Assembly: GCF_018350175.1 (NCBI RefSeq)
Contig: NC_058368.1
Span: 198,774,001-198,838,000 of the forward strand
Reading direction: 5' to 3'
From: Felis catus
Lineage: Eukaryota
Length of the DNA: 64,000 nucleotides
Part shown: piece after piece, positions 49,646 through 61,960 of the stretch
How the letters are laid out: the number at the start of each line of letters is the position of its first letter
Numbering within the stretch: position 1 is the first letter of the stretch
Notes under the pieces: model-generated
What the model was told of the DNA's origin: nothing
Seen by the model: the letters and a program-made list of their open reading frames with translations, nothing else
Databases searched by the model: none
Translations under genes and position numbers: made by a program

Positions 49646-50547
49646 TTGCTGATTTCAGTGGCTCTGTTGTTTTCTTAGTTAGACCGTCACTTACGTAACT
49701 AACTACCTATATTAAATCTGTGGCTTAAGTTGTTTTGTTTTGTACTGTTTTCTTGGTTGAAAGTTGCCTGATCTGCATTAGCCCTGTTCACATCCCATGT
49801 TTTTACATATTTAAGGTTGTTCTACATTAAATATCCTTGATGCTCTTATATAGCTGGGTATTTCCGTATAGGATTATGATGGATACCCTGGATTTTAAAA
49901 TCTGAAATATAAGTTTTAAATTTAAGTTTTAAATCCTGAATCAATTATACCTCCCTCTTGGGGTGGCTGTAAGAATTCTATGAGCTGTTCTTTTGAAAAC
50001 ACCTAGCACCGTGCCTGGAATATAGGAAGTGCTTAATAAATGGTAGCTGTTTGGTAACTATTATTTTTTAAGAGGATTGCCCAGCCTGGTTGAGATGCCT
50101 CATCTCTTGTGCTCATGACGCCTAATGAGTACCTCTCTACAGAGCTTTATTACTTTATCAATTTTTTTTCTATTTCTCACAGAAAAATATGGGCTTCTTA
50201 GTGCCCTCCAGTGGTGTGTTGGCCATTAGGGGAAGAAAAGACCTGATGATAGCTTTCGTTGATTTCGATGGTGAAAATATTCCCACCCTATCCAGTTTGA
50301 AGCTACCAGTATGGCATCATTGAATACAGAGTTGGGAAGAGATGCACATATTTGGCTCTTGTCAGTTAGTGCACACCAACTGCAGTCCTTTATTCCTAAC
50401 ACTTAGTGCAGTATCTCCAATATAGGAGCTAAATATTCAATGGAGGGCTAACATGTAGTTACTAACTGGTTAAGACTTGCTCATATACACTAAATTAATG
50501 AAATACCTTTATCTAATTTTTGTTGTATAACCAATAGTCTCATGCCC

Positions 50548-50549
<2 letters not shown>

Positions 50550-50596
<47 letters not shown>
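50550..50596. repeat. (CA)n microsatellite
   Basis: Direct reading of the sequence. Confidence 0.95.
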
Positions 50597-50597
<1 letters not shown>

Positions 50598-51613
50598 ATG
50601 GACTGCCCATGCTATTGATGAATAGAATGGAAATAAATGAAACACTTATCCTGATGTAGTAGGGAATGCCCATGCCCTCCCTGGACAGATGCCCTCCCTG
50701 TCTACTCAGATGCAAATCTCAGTTTTGAGATTTACTAGACGCATGAATGGGGATTAGTCACTTCACCTCTCTTGGCCCCAGGTTCCTCAGACAGTTGGAC
50801 TGGATAGTCTTTACAGGTCTTTCTAGTCTGAAAATCCATAAAGCCTAATTAGTGTATAATTTCATTTCCTCCTTCCCTCATTTTCCTCTTTCCTGTACTG
50901 AAACTTGAGTTATACATAATGCTGGATGTTGAAAATGCAAAGAGGAATAAGACGTGGCCTTGGATGCTGAGAATCTCCATGTCTTTTTATGAACACTCCC
51001 ATCATATCAAGACCATGAGTATGCCCATTGCCAAGTGGGTTTATGCAAATGTACCAAGTATTTAATTCATCACAGATTTCAGCACTTTGATACATAAAAA
51101 TATTGTGCTAGTAGTTTTCACTTTCTAGATGAAATTAAATAAGGCTGTCATGCCTTATTGTCATGATCAGCAAGTAGTACTTTTAGAAACTGTCCTCAGG
51201 ATCATGTTCATTGTCTGGGATAAAGCTTCAGTGAACAGCTAGCTGGGTTACACTACTCTCTGAGTTAGGCTCAAACTCTGATTATAAAGAGTTGAGTTTT
51301 TATTTAGGACTAGTAAGCAAAATCTGAAAAAAATGTTGACTTTCAATCAAAACAACTATCCTAGTTCTTTCTCACACATTTTGATAAGAAAGGTATAAAG
51401 AATGACTGATAAACTTGGGTGTTCTCTTTCAAGGCCACATCCACCTGTTGGCTCTCATGCCTTGGTCCTCATCAACCATGTTCTCTGCCCTTAATTTTTA
51501 AAAGCTACATTGGTTTCCAGCAGGAATTAGTGTTGGGAACACCAACAGAACTGTTGAGTATTTTTCAGTTGCCGAAAGCTATTTTTAAAAAGAATTTGTT
51601 TTGTTTTTGACAG

Positions 51614-51822
51614 GGGCTGATAATATCCGGAAATATTGGAGCCGCTACTACCAAGGATCTCAAGGGGTAATATTTGTATTAGACAGTGCCTCTTCAGAAG
51701 ATGATTTAGAAACTGCTAGGAATGAACTGCACTCAGCTCTCCAGCACCCACAGTTATGCACTTTACCCTTTTTAATATTGGCCAATCATCAAGACAAGCC
51801 AGCTGCTCGATCAGTCCAAGAG
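51614..51822 (+). CDS. ARL15: ARL15 internal coding exon, 209 nt (probably exon 4)
   Basis: Acceptor tttgttttgtttttgacAG (51612-51613) and donor GAG|GTATGT (51823). Translation (G)ADNIRKYWSRYYQGSQGVIFVLDSASSEDDLETARNELHSALQHPQLCTLPFLILANHQDKPAARSVQE is an ARF-family switch II to G4 segment recognisable as ARL15. Confidence 0.98.
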
Positions 51823-54800
51823 GTATGTCTCATGAATGTGACAAGCCTTTGTCTTGTGTGCTGTGGTTTTGCTGCCACGTTGGAATCTGAAAACTTGGCT
51901 GTAATTAGGAATATGCTGGTTGTGGTGTTTTCCAACATGAAACCCTAGTTTTCTGAGAAAGTAGAAAGACTATATCAATCTATAGAAATTATTGTTTATA
52001 TACCTTTCTCCACTTGGAAAGCATCATTGTTATTTTTTTTTTTTAACTTTAGCAAAAGTTAAAGGACTTATCTGAATATTTTTCTCATCTGCTTGAAAAG
52101 GCTGCAGGCTTGGTGATTTAGCATTTCTTACCCTGCTAGCTTACTTAGTTCATTCTCCTTTTCTCCAGCTTTTCAAGGAATGCCTCATGCGTGTCACCAT
52201 GCATCACTTGCCCTCAGATGTCATGTTCTTGTCCCTCTGAAATGCTCACTGTTGACTAGAAGCAATGAGTCCTATTCTGTAACCAGCCAGGCTGAAAATT
52301 GATGTCTTATCTTGCAAGTTCCATGCCACCAAATACACTTTAATATGGACCCGTTCTTTATCTTCTTCATTGAATTTCATTTCTTAGTGCGTATCTCTCC
52401 TATAAAAGCATGAGTCTAGTTCTGGACTGAAAAAAAATCAGTGTCTCACCCAGAAGAGCTTCTGATTCATGGATACAGAAGGAATAAGATATGGGAATAA
52501 TTTTTAAATTTTGAATTGTGAATTTTAACCAAAGTACAGTGAAATAAAGACTTTCTATGTATTCCTTTACACCTGTAACTTTCAAGGTAGGTTTCTCTCC
52601 CCTTCTTCAGAAAATTGTGTGCTTCCTTTAGTGACTTCAGGATATTATAATTAGTAGGAATAACACTGCCCTGTAGTCTGAAACGTTGGATGAGGAGTCA
52701 AACACCTAAGATGTTCTAACTCCAGACTGGTTTCACACTTAATGTGGGACCCAGGCAAAAAGCTTTGTTCCTTTGCTTGTCTTCCCATCAGTAAAATGGG
52801 AATAATGCGGGCTTTTTTTTTTTTTTTTTTAAGTAAGTGAGTGGGATGGTTTTAGATAATTTACTTTGAAGTTTAAAGTACTAAGCAGTAGAAGAGATAC
52901 TATATCGAGACAGTTTTCATTTAAGTCTTAGGAAAATAGTAAAGAAGGCAAGGTTTTCTTACTAAATAGAACTCGTGCCCATTTTTTGTTGCTTCGTTTA
53001 TCATTAAGTAGTCAGGATGCACCTTTTTCCTTTTTAGATTTTGTGAAATATAAATACTAGTAAGTAATAAAGATAGAAACAAAGCAGTATTCAGAGTCAT
53101 TAATGTGCAGATCTTCAGCATTGAACTTGTCGCGCCTTCCTGATCTGTTCTTAAGACTTGGGTGGGGTAAATCTTTTACTTTCTCAGCATCAGTTTTCCT
53201 GCTTGTAGAGTAGATACAATAGTATCTAATCGTAGACAGGAGTGTTATAAATTATAAGATACTTGCTGAAGATGCATTGTTCTGAGATTCATTGTGGGAA
53301 ATATATGTATGCAGTACAGAATACAAATAGACGATATAATGTTTTGTACATAAATAATATGTAATACATCTATAATAAAACATACGAAATACACATACAA
53401 GTGACGTTATAACATCAAATCACTTTATTCAAGTTATGTACAATAGCTGAATTTTTTTCTTTTAATTTTAAGAAACTGTTTTCCTTAGACATCATAAAAT
53501 TGAAACTAATGTTTTCTTGAAACCAGATAGATAACTCAGGGTAATCCTCCATAGAAATTGAAGACTGTCACATTGAAGAAAGGAAGCTTTTAACAATTAA
53601 TTGCCTCGGAATATGCCTTGTGTATTTTCGCCAGTATCTTTCCTAAGAAACGGGCAAATATCTTTTTATGATTCATCTTTTAGTGAGACAGTGGCTGTAA
53701 ATGTAGAATAAACAGAATGATTTGAAAATTATTCAAAATTTGTATATCCTGGATCATGTATGACTGAGTTTCCTTTCTATTTATATCAATTTTAAATGAC
53801 TTTTCCTCAAAACTTTTGCTTGTAATGGAATTTGCAAATACCATTTTGAGGACTGTTTAAGGTATTGTCCCTGTGGTTATATAAACATATACTATACAGG
53901 TGGCCGTTAACATTTTAGATTTTAATTAAAGACATAGACAAATTCTGTTATAGATCTTGAAGCTTCTCGAAACATAATGAAGTGCCCATACGTTGGATTT
54001 GGCAGAAAAAGAAAAGGAAGCTTCTATTTTTCTCGTGGCTTAAATGACAAAGAGGTTTCTCAGAATAGTGTGTTACGATGCCTTGTTGAAATACTCCTAG
54101 GAATGTTTTAGGGATCAATATCTTGTTAATAAGTTAGCATAAAAGTGGAATTATAAAAACTGAATCTTAGACTTTTTATAAGCAATCATCTCAAAATGGT
54201 TGGAAGTAGGTTTGCGTAGAAGAGGGATAGAAGATTAAAAAGTGAGCGAACTTACATGTCATTTGAAATATGTTCAGAAGTGGCCATCTGTATACTACCC
54301 CTCCTTACCTTATTGTGAAGGTATTACATGCCCCTGTGCTCTGTTGCTTATAAACATTTTTATTCGTTTGTACCTGCTAATCCGTGTGCACTTCGTGTAA
54401 TCTCCAAATGCTAAAAAGGATGGGTTTTTACTTTGCAAAATAGCTGTGAGTTTGAGGCAAAATTCTATTCTTTCAGAATTCAAGGAAAATACATTCAGTT
54501 TACCAAAAGCACTGAACAGTTCTTTGATGCAGCTAAGAAAAGACCACGAGTCATAAAGGCTCATTGATTCTTCCCCTCCTCCCATTGAAATTATTACATT
54601 TTGTGCTCAATGCATTATGCAAAAAAAAAAAAAAAAAAAAAAAAACTGTAATTATTTACCCTGTCACTGGAGTAAAACTTTAAAAATTCATTTATCATCT
54701 AATGAGGATAACAGAATGTTGTTGCATTTAGAAGCTGGTGAGATCCAAAGGAGAAAGAGGAATTATCCTGGGGATTCCAACCAGAGAATGAAAATCTCTG

Positions 54801-57108
54801 GAGGTTCTATATATTTAGTCCCCTCCTCTGCTATGACTGTTGCAATGTTTGTGTAGAGAATGGAGTTAAGAAAGGAAGACAATGGTTAAAATTACTTTCT
54901 AACCCACAGAGGGCAACATGCCCAATTATTTTGTTACCCTTTTAGAACGCAAGTAGAGTCTTGTACATGCATAGTTCGCCTTCTGTAATAAACCTGGTAA
55001 TGACCTGTGTTTAACTCAACAGCCTTTTAAGATTTTACATCTTGAGAATTGATAGTAGAAACATGTTTTTTAATAAATAATCTTTTTTTTTTTTTAAATA
55101 GCAAAACACTGGGAAAAAGAACACCCTTTATGTACTGTCTGAAAGCCAAGCAGTTTTTTGCAACAGATGTTTGTTGTATTCACTTTGGGGAGGTGTAGTT
55201 ACCACAGTTTTCCAGAATTTATTTGTATCAACTACTTTTCTCCATAGAAAATATAATATAAAAATCTATAATTAAGTCAAGTGGCCCACTTGATTCATTA
55301 GGGAAAATTCTAGTCCAATTTGAATAATAAGGCTTTAAAACAAGAATCATCTTAAGGGTAAATAGGTTGGCTTTTTATTTGTATTGAATGGTAATTGTAT
55401 CTAATTTGTTTTACAACTCCCATAGGAGAGCATACTTCAGTTCTGAAGTTATTTAATAGATTAGGAGGATTTTATGAGAAGTTAAGTTGATATAGTAACC
55501 AATAAATGTAATCTGTTTTCCCTCTACACGGTTGCCGATTGGGACTCTTTTACTTCCTAGCTTTTTAAAATCTTATCTTTGTTTTATTGGGCACTACTGT
55601 GTCTTATAAAATGACACATTTTGTCAACGTGAAAGAAATAGTTTAACCTTTCAGCAGCCTAATCTGAATTGATATTTGTCCATATCCTTAATTCAAAAAT
55701 GTTTACCTTTTTTAGAAATAGCACATCAAAAATACTGAATCAACTCTGTCAAGTATTTTGCATCGAAGCAAATACTAAGAAATGTGAAAACTGTGAGATA
55801 AAGATTCTTGAAGTGACATCGTAAGGTCAAATGACTTTAATGGTTCCATGGTGTGAGTAAAGTATTCCCAAGTATTTCTATAATGATACATTACCTTTTT
55901 AGCCCATGTTTGGCTTCGATTATAAATATTCATATTTTTGAAAAATACTTCTCAATATTGAGTGTATCATGAATACTTTGTCTATAGACCTCTTGTGGAA
56001 GAGAGTACTGGTGTGTGTTTCACGTTATTGAACCATTGCATTTAATTATAGTTCTTCTTTGTAGATCATTATTTCTAAATTGTATACATTTTCCCCTTCC
56101 TAAAAGGGTCAGAGAGTTTTGAAGGATTGAAATGTTTGGGAACTGTTGATCTGCAAATAGTAAGCCTCTAATTTAAAATTTTTATTCTATACTCATACTT
56201 GTTAACGGTGGAGTGGTGTTTTTGTTTTGTTTTGGTATCTCTATGAAGTGGTGAATATCATCTTTGGTTTTACGTGACTAATCTTTTATTAGAAAATACA
56301 AAGCAGTGTTTAAATCATGTAACATACTTAGTTTATTATTACTCTCTGTATATGGACAGAAATGTGTGTGTGTTTGTACCATAATGATTGTAAAGTGTCA
56401 TACACTTTAAATCTTAGGGGCTTCCAAGTGTCCTGACCTGCGTCTTGGCAGCATTTTAGAATACTGATTTGATTTCACTTAGAGCAGCGGACATGCGTAT
56501 TGTGTAAGCAGTCTGAAGATTCCCTTATGGGACGTATACTTACTTTAAAATGATATAAGAGATACAAATTATTTTTTGCTCATTCCTTACAGATGTACTG
56601 TACTCTGTTACAGTTTAATCTTGGGGAAACAATGGGAGGGTTTAGAGGAATGACGCCGTGATCTCCTGAAAATGTTTACTAACGTTTACTAAAGTGCAAG
56701 AGAAGCTGAAATCACCACCATTGCGATAGTTACATTTATAATAATGACTCTTCTATATTTTGAAGAGCAACTTTTAGCTGAATGCCGAGTCAGGATATGT
56801 TCTTGTACATTCATGTACTTCATGTACATGAAAAAACTAATTTTTATATTTGATTTCATCAATTCTAAATCTAGCCAGTTTGATCTTAGCATTCAAGGGA
56901 ACTCATATACCTGTATTTCTTGCACCCACCAAGCAGTATTATGAGAATGTGCCCTGCCCCCTGAAAGCTAATAAATTCCCATTAACAAGTGATATATACG
57001 AAAGGTCCATTGTATCAAGAAAATTATTTAGGAGGGATAATAGTGTAAGAAAGACATTTAAAAATATAACAAGAATTCATTACATTCTCTTATAAAACCC
57101 CTATTTCT

Positions 57109-57336
57109 GGGGCGCCTGGGTGGCGCAGTCGGTTAAGCGTCCGACTTCAGCCAGGTCACGATCTCGCGGTCCGTGAGTTCGAGCCCCGCGTCAGGCTCTG
57201 GGCTGATGGCTCAGAGCCTGGAGCCTGTTTCCGATTCTGTGTCTCCCTCTCTCTCTGCCCCTCCCCCGTTCATGCTCTGTCTCTCTCTGTCCCAAAAATA
57301 AATAAACGTTGAAAAAAAATTTTTGAAAAAAAAAAC
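57109..57336 (+). mobile_element. Very young SINEC_Fc-type SINE
   Basis: Intact CpGs. Perfect TSD aaaacccctatttct at 57094-57108 and 57337-57351. Confidence 0.97.
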
Positions 57337-57399
57337 AAAACCCCTATTTCTTTACACTTTCTTCCTTGAGTCTGTCAAATGCATATCTTTGTTTAATGT

Positions 57400-57960
57400 A
57401 AAGCTGGCAAATTTTGGAACCTCTTCCAATTCTTACTCTTACTTTGCACATCCAGATGTTTCCGGGTATAATTCTCCCACCTCTGCGGTACTTTGCAGTT
57501 TCCTGATTGTTGACACCCCCAGGCCTCCCCCTTTTCTCCCTCTTCTTCAACACAGACCATTAAGAACCAATTTCCTATCTATTTTTTCATGATACCCATA
57601 TTAAAAACCAGTACTATGTTCTGATTCCTTCTAGAAGCAAGTGAAACACCACCGATCTTATATATCAATGTGCCTGAGTATTGAATTCCCTTCTCTTGTC
57701 TCACTCACATTGAGCTACTGCTCACTATATCTGTTGCTCTAGGAAGACCACCTAAAGATTATAGGTCACATCAAGAAGTCTCCCTAAAACATCGAAGGCT
57801 GGGCTAGGTGCCCTCCTTTTGACTTCCCATAGCATCCTGGGCATATCCAAGTCATAATACTAGAATTAATTGCATGTAACTTTTCTGTCTACCCCTCAAG
57901 ATTGTAAGCTCCTTGAAGGACAGGACTTCAGGCTTGTTTATGTCTGTGTGCTCAATTATA
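57400..57960 (+). mobile_element. L2 3' fragment
   Basis: 'gattgtaagctccttgaaggacaggact', 'ctaggtgccctcctttt'. Confidence 0.65.
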
Positions 57961-58534
57961 TGTTATTGGGATAAGTACTTGCCATATGTGCTTCCCTCCT
58001 GGCTTTGACACCATCAGCTTTATCCAGATTCCCTAACTCTACCTAGTCTAACTCACATTCCCACCCTTGAACTTTCCTTTTCCTCCACACCAAACCTGAC
58101 CTTTGAATATTACTCATAAACTGCATCTTGCATGAAATCTCACCACTGTGACCATAGTAATGGTTTTGCAAAGCTTTAATCTGCCGTTGACCAGACTTAC
58201 AAGTGTTTATTTTCATGTACTTAAATTTGTGTTTGTCCACCTGAGGACCTTGCTATTAAGCAGGTTACTATTTTTTCCCCAGAATTCCTCATAGAAAGTG
58301 GCAGGACATCTTGGCTGAATAATATCCCTTTAATATGCTTTTATTAATGCCTACATTTTAAGTATATAGAGCTTATTTCAGTTGTGAGCATAGCAAAGAC
58401 TGGTACATGATGCAGCTCAAGGGGAACGTAATTCAAATGGTTTTAAAGCAATACATTCAATGTATTAAGAACAAATCTAGCTTTGTTGTAAAATTGTTCT
58501 ACGTTAATGAAACTTAGAGGGAGTTTTTTTCATT

Positions 58535-58783
58535 TCTTAAATTTTTTAAAAGGCTGTTTACCGATGTATTTATTTATTTACTTATTTTGAGAGAGAGAAA
58601 GTGTTGTGTACCCTGCCATACAAGTGGGGGAGGGGCACAGAGAGAAGTAGAGCAAAAATCCCAAGCAGGCTCTGCGCTGTCAGCCAGAACCAACACGGGG
58701 CTCGATCTCAGGACCCACGAGATCACGACCTGGGCAGGAATTCAGAGTTGGACGCTTAACTAACTGAGCCGCCCAGGCACCCC
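58535..58783 (-). mobile_element. CAN-SINE
   Basis: Antisense body ending 'gagccgcccaggcacccc', flanked by tcatttc on both sides. Confidence 0.9.
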
Positions 58784-59419
58784 TCATTTCATACATCTAA
58801 CACTTTTAATTCCTGTACATATTTAAATATTTTACAATAATCATAGCTAGTACAGTTAGAGTTTGACTTTCTCTTTCTGGGTCTTTTTGAAGCAATAGGT
58901 ATTTGAGTGGTTGTAGTGGTGAACTTCACCCTTTATTTCAATTTTGTATCTTGTAAAAATTAGTATTTCATTAAGCCTCATTCAACAAAGCCAAGAAATG
59001 ATTCTGAGGCTGAAGTTTTCAGACTGATTTCCTCGGCCCTTAGTCCCAATTATTTATTTACTTATTTATTTCATTTGCAAAAGAAAACTCCATTGACTCC
59101 ACATTCCATAACTTACAGAGTTAATAAGACATTTGTCGAGTTAAATTAATTTGAAAATAGACGCATGGTTAATGTCAGTAAGGTGCTTTGAAGATAAAAA
59201 GCACAATAAGCGTTAGTTATTATCATTATGATAATTATTTTCATTATTATTATTACATAGTGTCTGCTTAAAAATACCTTTGGTTACTCTGGGATGGCTG
59301 AGGCTAATGAGAGGGGTTACCATGCTGGGTTTTATACAGAACTAAGGAGTTGAGACATAATCCACTGAGGTTTTGTTTTTTCTTAACAAATCAAGAGATG
59401 TTTGTCCTTTTTCTTAAAA

Positions 59420-59655
59420 ATATATAAATGTATGTTACATATATATAACATATATATACTTGTTATATATACTTGTTATATATATGTTATATATATGTTT
59501 TATATATAAAACATACTTTATATATAAAACATATATATGTACATATACATATATACATATATATGTTTTATATATATGCATGTATATGTTTTATATATAT
59601 ATACATATATATGTATATATATACATATATATAAATCTGTGTCTATATATAAAAT
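59420..59655. repeat. Degenerate (TA)n / (TATG)n low-complexity tract
   Basis: Direct reading of the sequence. Confidence 0.92.
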
Positions 59656-60069
59656 AAAGCTACCTGTAATGTAGAAGCATTGGAACTCATTTTGAATAGT
59701 TTGAATCTTTTCTTATGTAATCTCTAAAATGATATTTGAGGAATAAGGATAGGTCTTCTGAAAGGCTCTAAAAACATAGACATTGATTTCTAAATAGTCA
59801 AAACCCTTTATTTCTTAGTTAATTCCTGAAGTTGTATAGAACTCAAATTTATAATTTTTATAAACTAAAAAGAAGAGGGCATAATTATGGGAAGAAAATA
59901 TGAAAGCTTAAAATGATCACAAAAGTGGAAAATTATATCTTTGGGAAGTTATAAAATAACCATAACTAATTACGTGAATTAATTCCGATGAGAATATTTC
60001 AAGGAGGATTGTTCTTTAGATTATTCTTTACCAAGAAGACTTGAACATAAAGCCAAATTCCTCACAACA

Positions 60070-60575
60070 TCCTGCAAAGATTGTCATCACAAGTCAGAGA
60101 CAGAGGAAGTATGGAAACATTTTAACAGGCATATATATGAAAGTTAAATGTACACCCAGCCTCAAAATCAGGAAGACATTAGTGACATGTCTGAAGAAGA
60201 CATTCCCTAATATTATTGTAAATTAAATAAGAAAAGACCTCAAGAGAATGAAAAGAGAAAAGGTGCCTGGAGCCAATGAATTACAATTGACAACCTAAAG
60301 GCAGTTGAAGAACCAATTGCTGGAGTGATTGCAAAGCTATTCATAGTGTGCAGCAGACAGAGCATACCAGAAAGCTGGAACAATGCCTTCAGTTCAGCAA
60401 TATTGCTTCAAAAGAATGGAAAGAGGGGAACGGGAAGAGCCACTGACCCTGAGACCAATTTCCAGGCAGCTGCACAAACTATATACTGTAATTAAAGGTT
60501 TTGACCAGTAATCACAGCAAAGCCAGACTACAGAAAGTCTAGGGAGTCAGCGAGGTTTATAATGAGGCAGATATC
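60070..60575 (+). mobile_element. Ancient RTE-clade LINE reverse-transcriptase fossil
   Basis: Stitched translation across frameshifts: IRKDLKRMKREKVPGANE / ITIDNLKAVEEPIAGVIAKLFIVCSRQSIPESWNNAFSSAILLQKNG / LRPISRQLHKLYTVI / RESARF. This matches non-LTR RT domains 0-2 (K.GKAPG.D.I, L..LFN.C....VP..W, YRPISLL..LYK..T, EQAGF). Confidence 0.75.
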
Positions 60576-61639
60576 CTTAACTAAAAGTGTGGAAAAAGCA
60601 GGTAAGAAAACCAGTCCATTTTTGGCAGTGACTTTGAGAAGCTCTGCTGTGTTAACACAAATATGAAAATCACATATTTTTGGCCTTCTTCCTCTAAGAA
60701 CAAAAACGTGTAATGAAAGATATCTGCTTTCATCTTCTGAGATGAATAGAATACTCTGCTCCTTAGTACCTGGAATTTTCTCCTTGCCACTTATTTTTCT
60801 TTACCTGTGAATTGCATGTGCCTTTCGGGAAAACAGGAAGCCAGGCACGTGCAGTAGTACAGACAACAGACTCCCACTTAGAAGTAGCTACTCTTCCAGG
60901 ATAGGTGGGCTTTGGCAGAAATGAACTAACCCACACCTGAGTTCTTTGTCTATAGAACCTCTTTTTCCCTTTTGTTTACTGATAACGTAGAATCTCTTTC
61001 TTTCTTTAGTAGTATCTCTACACAGATGTCCATGTTCAGCTACCACTCTTACTTAAATATTCACATAGTACTTTGAATGTTTATATCTTGAGTAAAGGGG
61101 AATCTAGTGGTTTTGAATAAAGGCATGATACAAACTTCCAAAACAAACAAGAAGGTGTCAACATGAGTCCAGTGAACACAAACGACATCTCATTTTGCAG
61201 ACACCACGTAGTTCTCTCCTGACTGGCCTGCTAAGACCTTTGCTGTGTTTGATGTCACAGTATCCAGTAGTGGAATGGAAATAGTCTTCTCGGCTAGAAA
61301 TTCTGAAATTGTAATTTGTACACACGTTAATCGTTGACCAAAAAAATGACAAGTTTTCTACTGACTTATAAAGGAGGAGTCAAGTAAGGTTTCATTTTAT
61401 TTTATTTACCCTTATCATATAACATATTCCAGTGTCTGAATTCCTTGTGTTAAGGGTGGTGTGCCTAGATTGAGTTTACTTTTCTTCTACACCTGAAATA
61501 AGAATGCTCCATAAAGAGTGTTCAGGCAGTAAACAGAGGAATAAAGTAACCGGAATTGTTTTTGTAAACAAGGGAAACCAACTAAACCTTATGGGAAGAC
61601 GGTTCTGCATATGAACTGTGAAATAAATTGGAGGTTGCC

Positions 61640-61960
61640 TAGAACAACAAAATTGTAACGTGTAAGAATTTGTAAAATATTTTTAGAACTATAGTGATGA
61701 CTAATAATTTGTCAAGCCAAAACAAGTTTTTATTGAAAGGGGCCGGAGTGGAAAATCTGGGTAACTTGTGTGTAGTTTAGACAAGGAGAACAAAGAAATA
61801 ATGAAATGAAAATAAGACCTTGGCAGAGGAATGCTTAGAGAACAGCTGATTGAAGACTTACAATTGTTAATGGTGCTATAAAAGAAAGATATTTTCTCAT
61901 CATGCTGTAGCATATCACATTGAAGACAAGACTGAATAATTATAAGATCCTGAAAAATAG
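61640..61960 (+). mobile_element. Possible highly degenerate CR1-like LINE C-terminal fragment
   Basis: RGMLREQLIE resembles CR1 RRLRGDLIE, with weak similarity upstream to LERVQRRATKMI. Confidence 0.35.

Larger units (their letters stand above)
11232..51613 (+). other. ARL15: ARL15 intron, 40,382 nt, phase 1, GT-AG
   Basis: Bounded by the two exons above. The split codon G|GG restores the ELGGA motif. Confidence 0.93.

Noticed and set aside
56819..56832. 14-bp palindrome TTCATGTACATGAA
   Set aside because: Arises from a local short duplication in AT-rich DNA, with no supporting context.
59420..59655. Long self-complementary TA-rich tract with a 65-aa ORF
   Set aside because: Degenerate microsatellite. 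The hairpin potential and the ORF are compositional artefacts.
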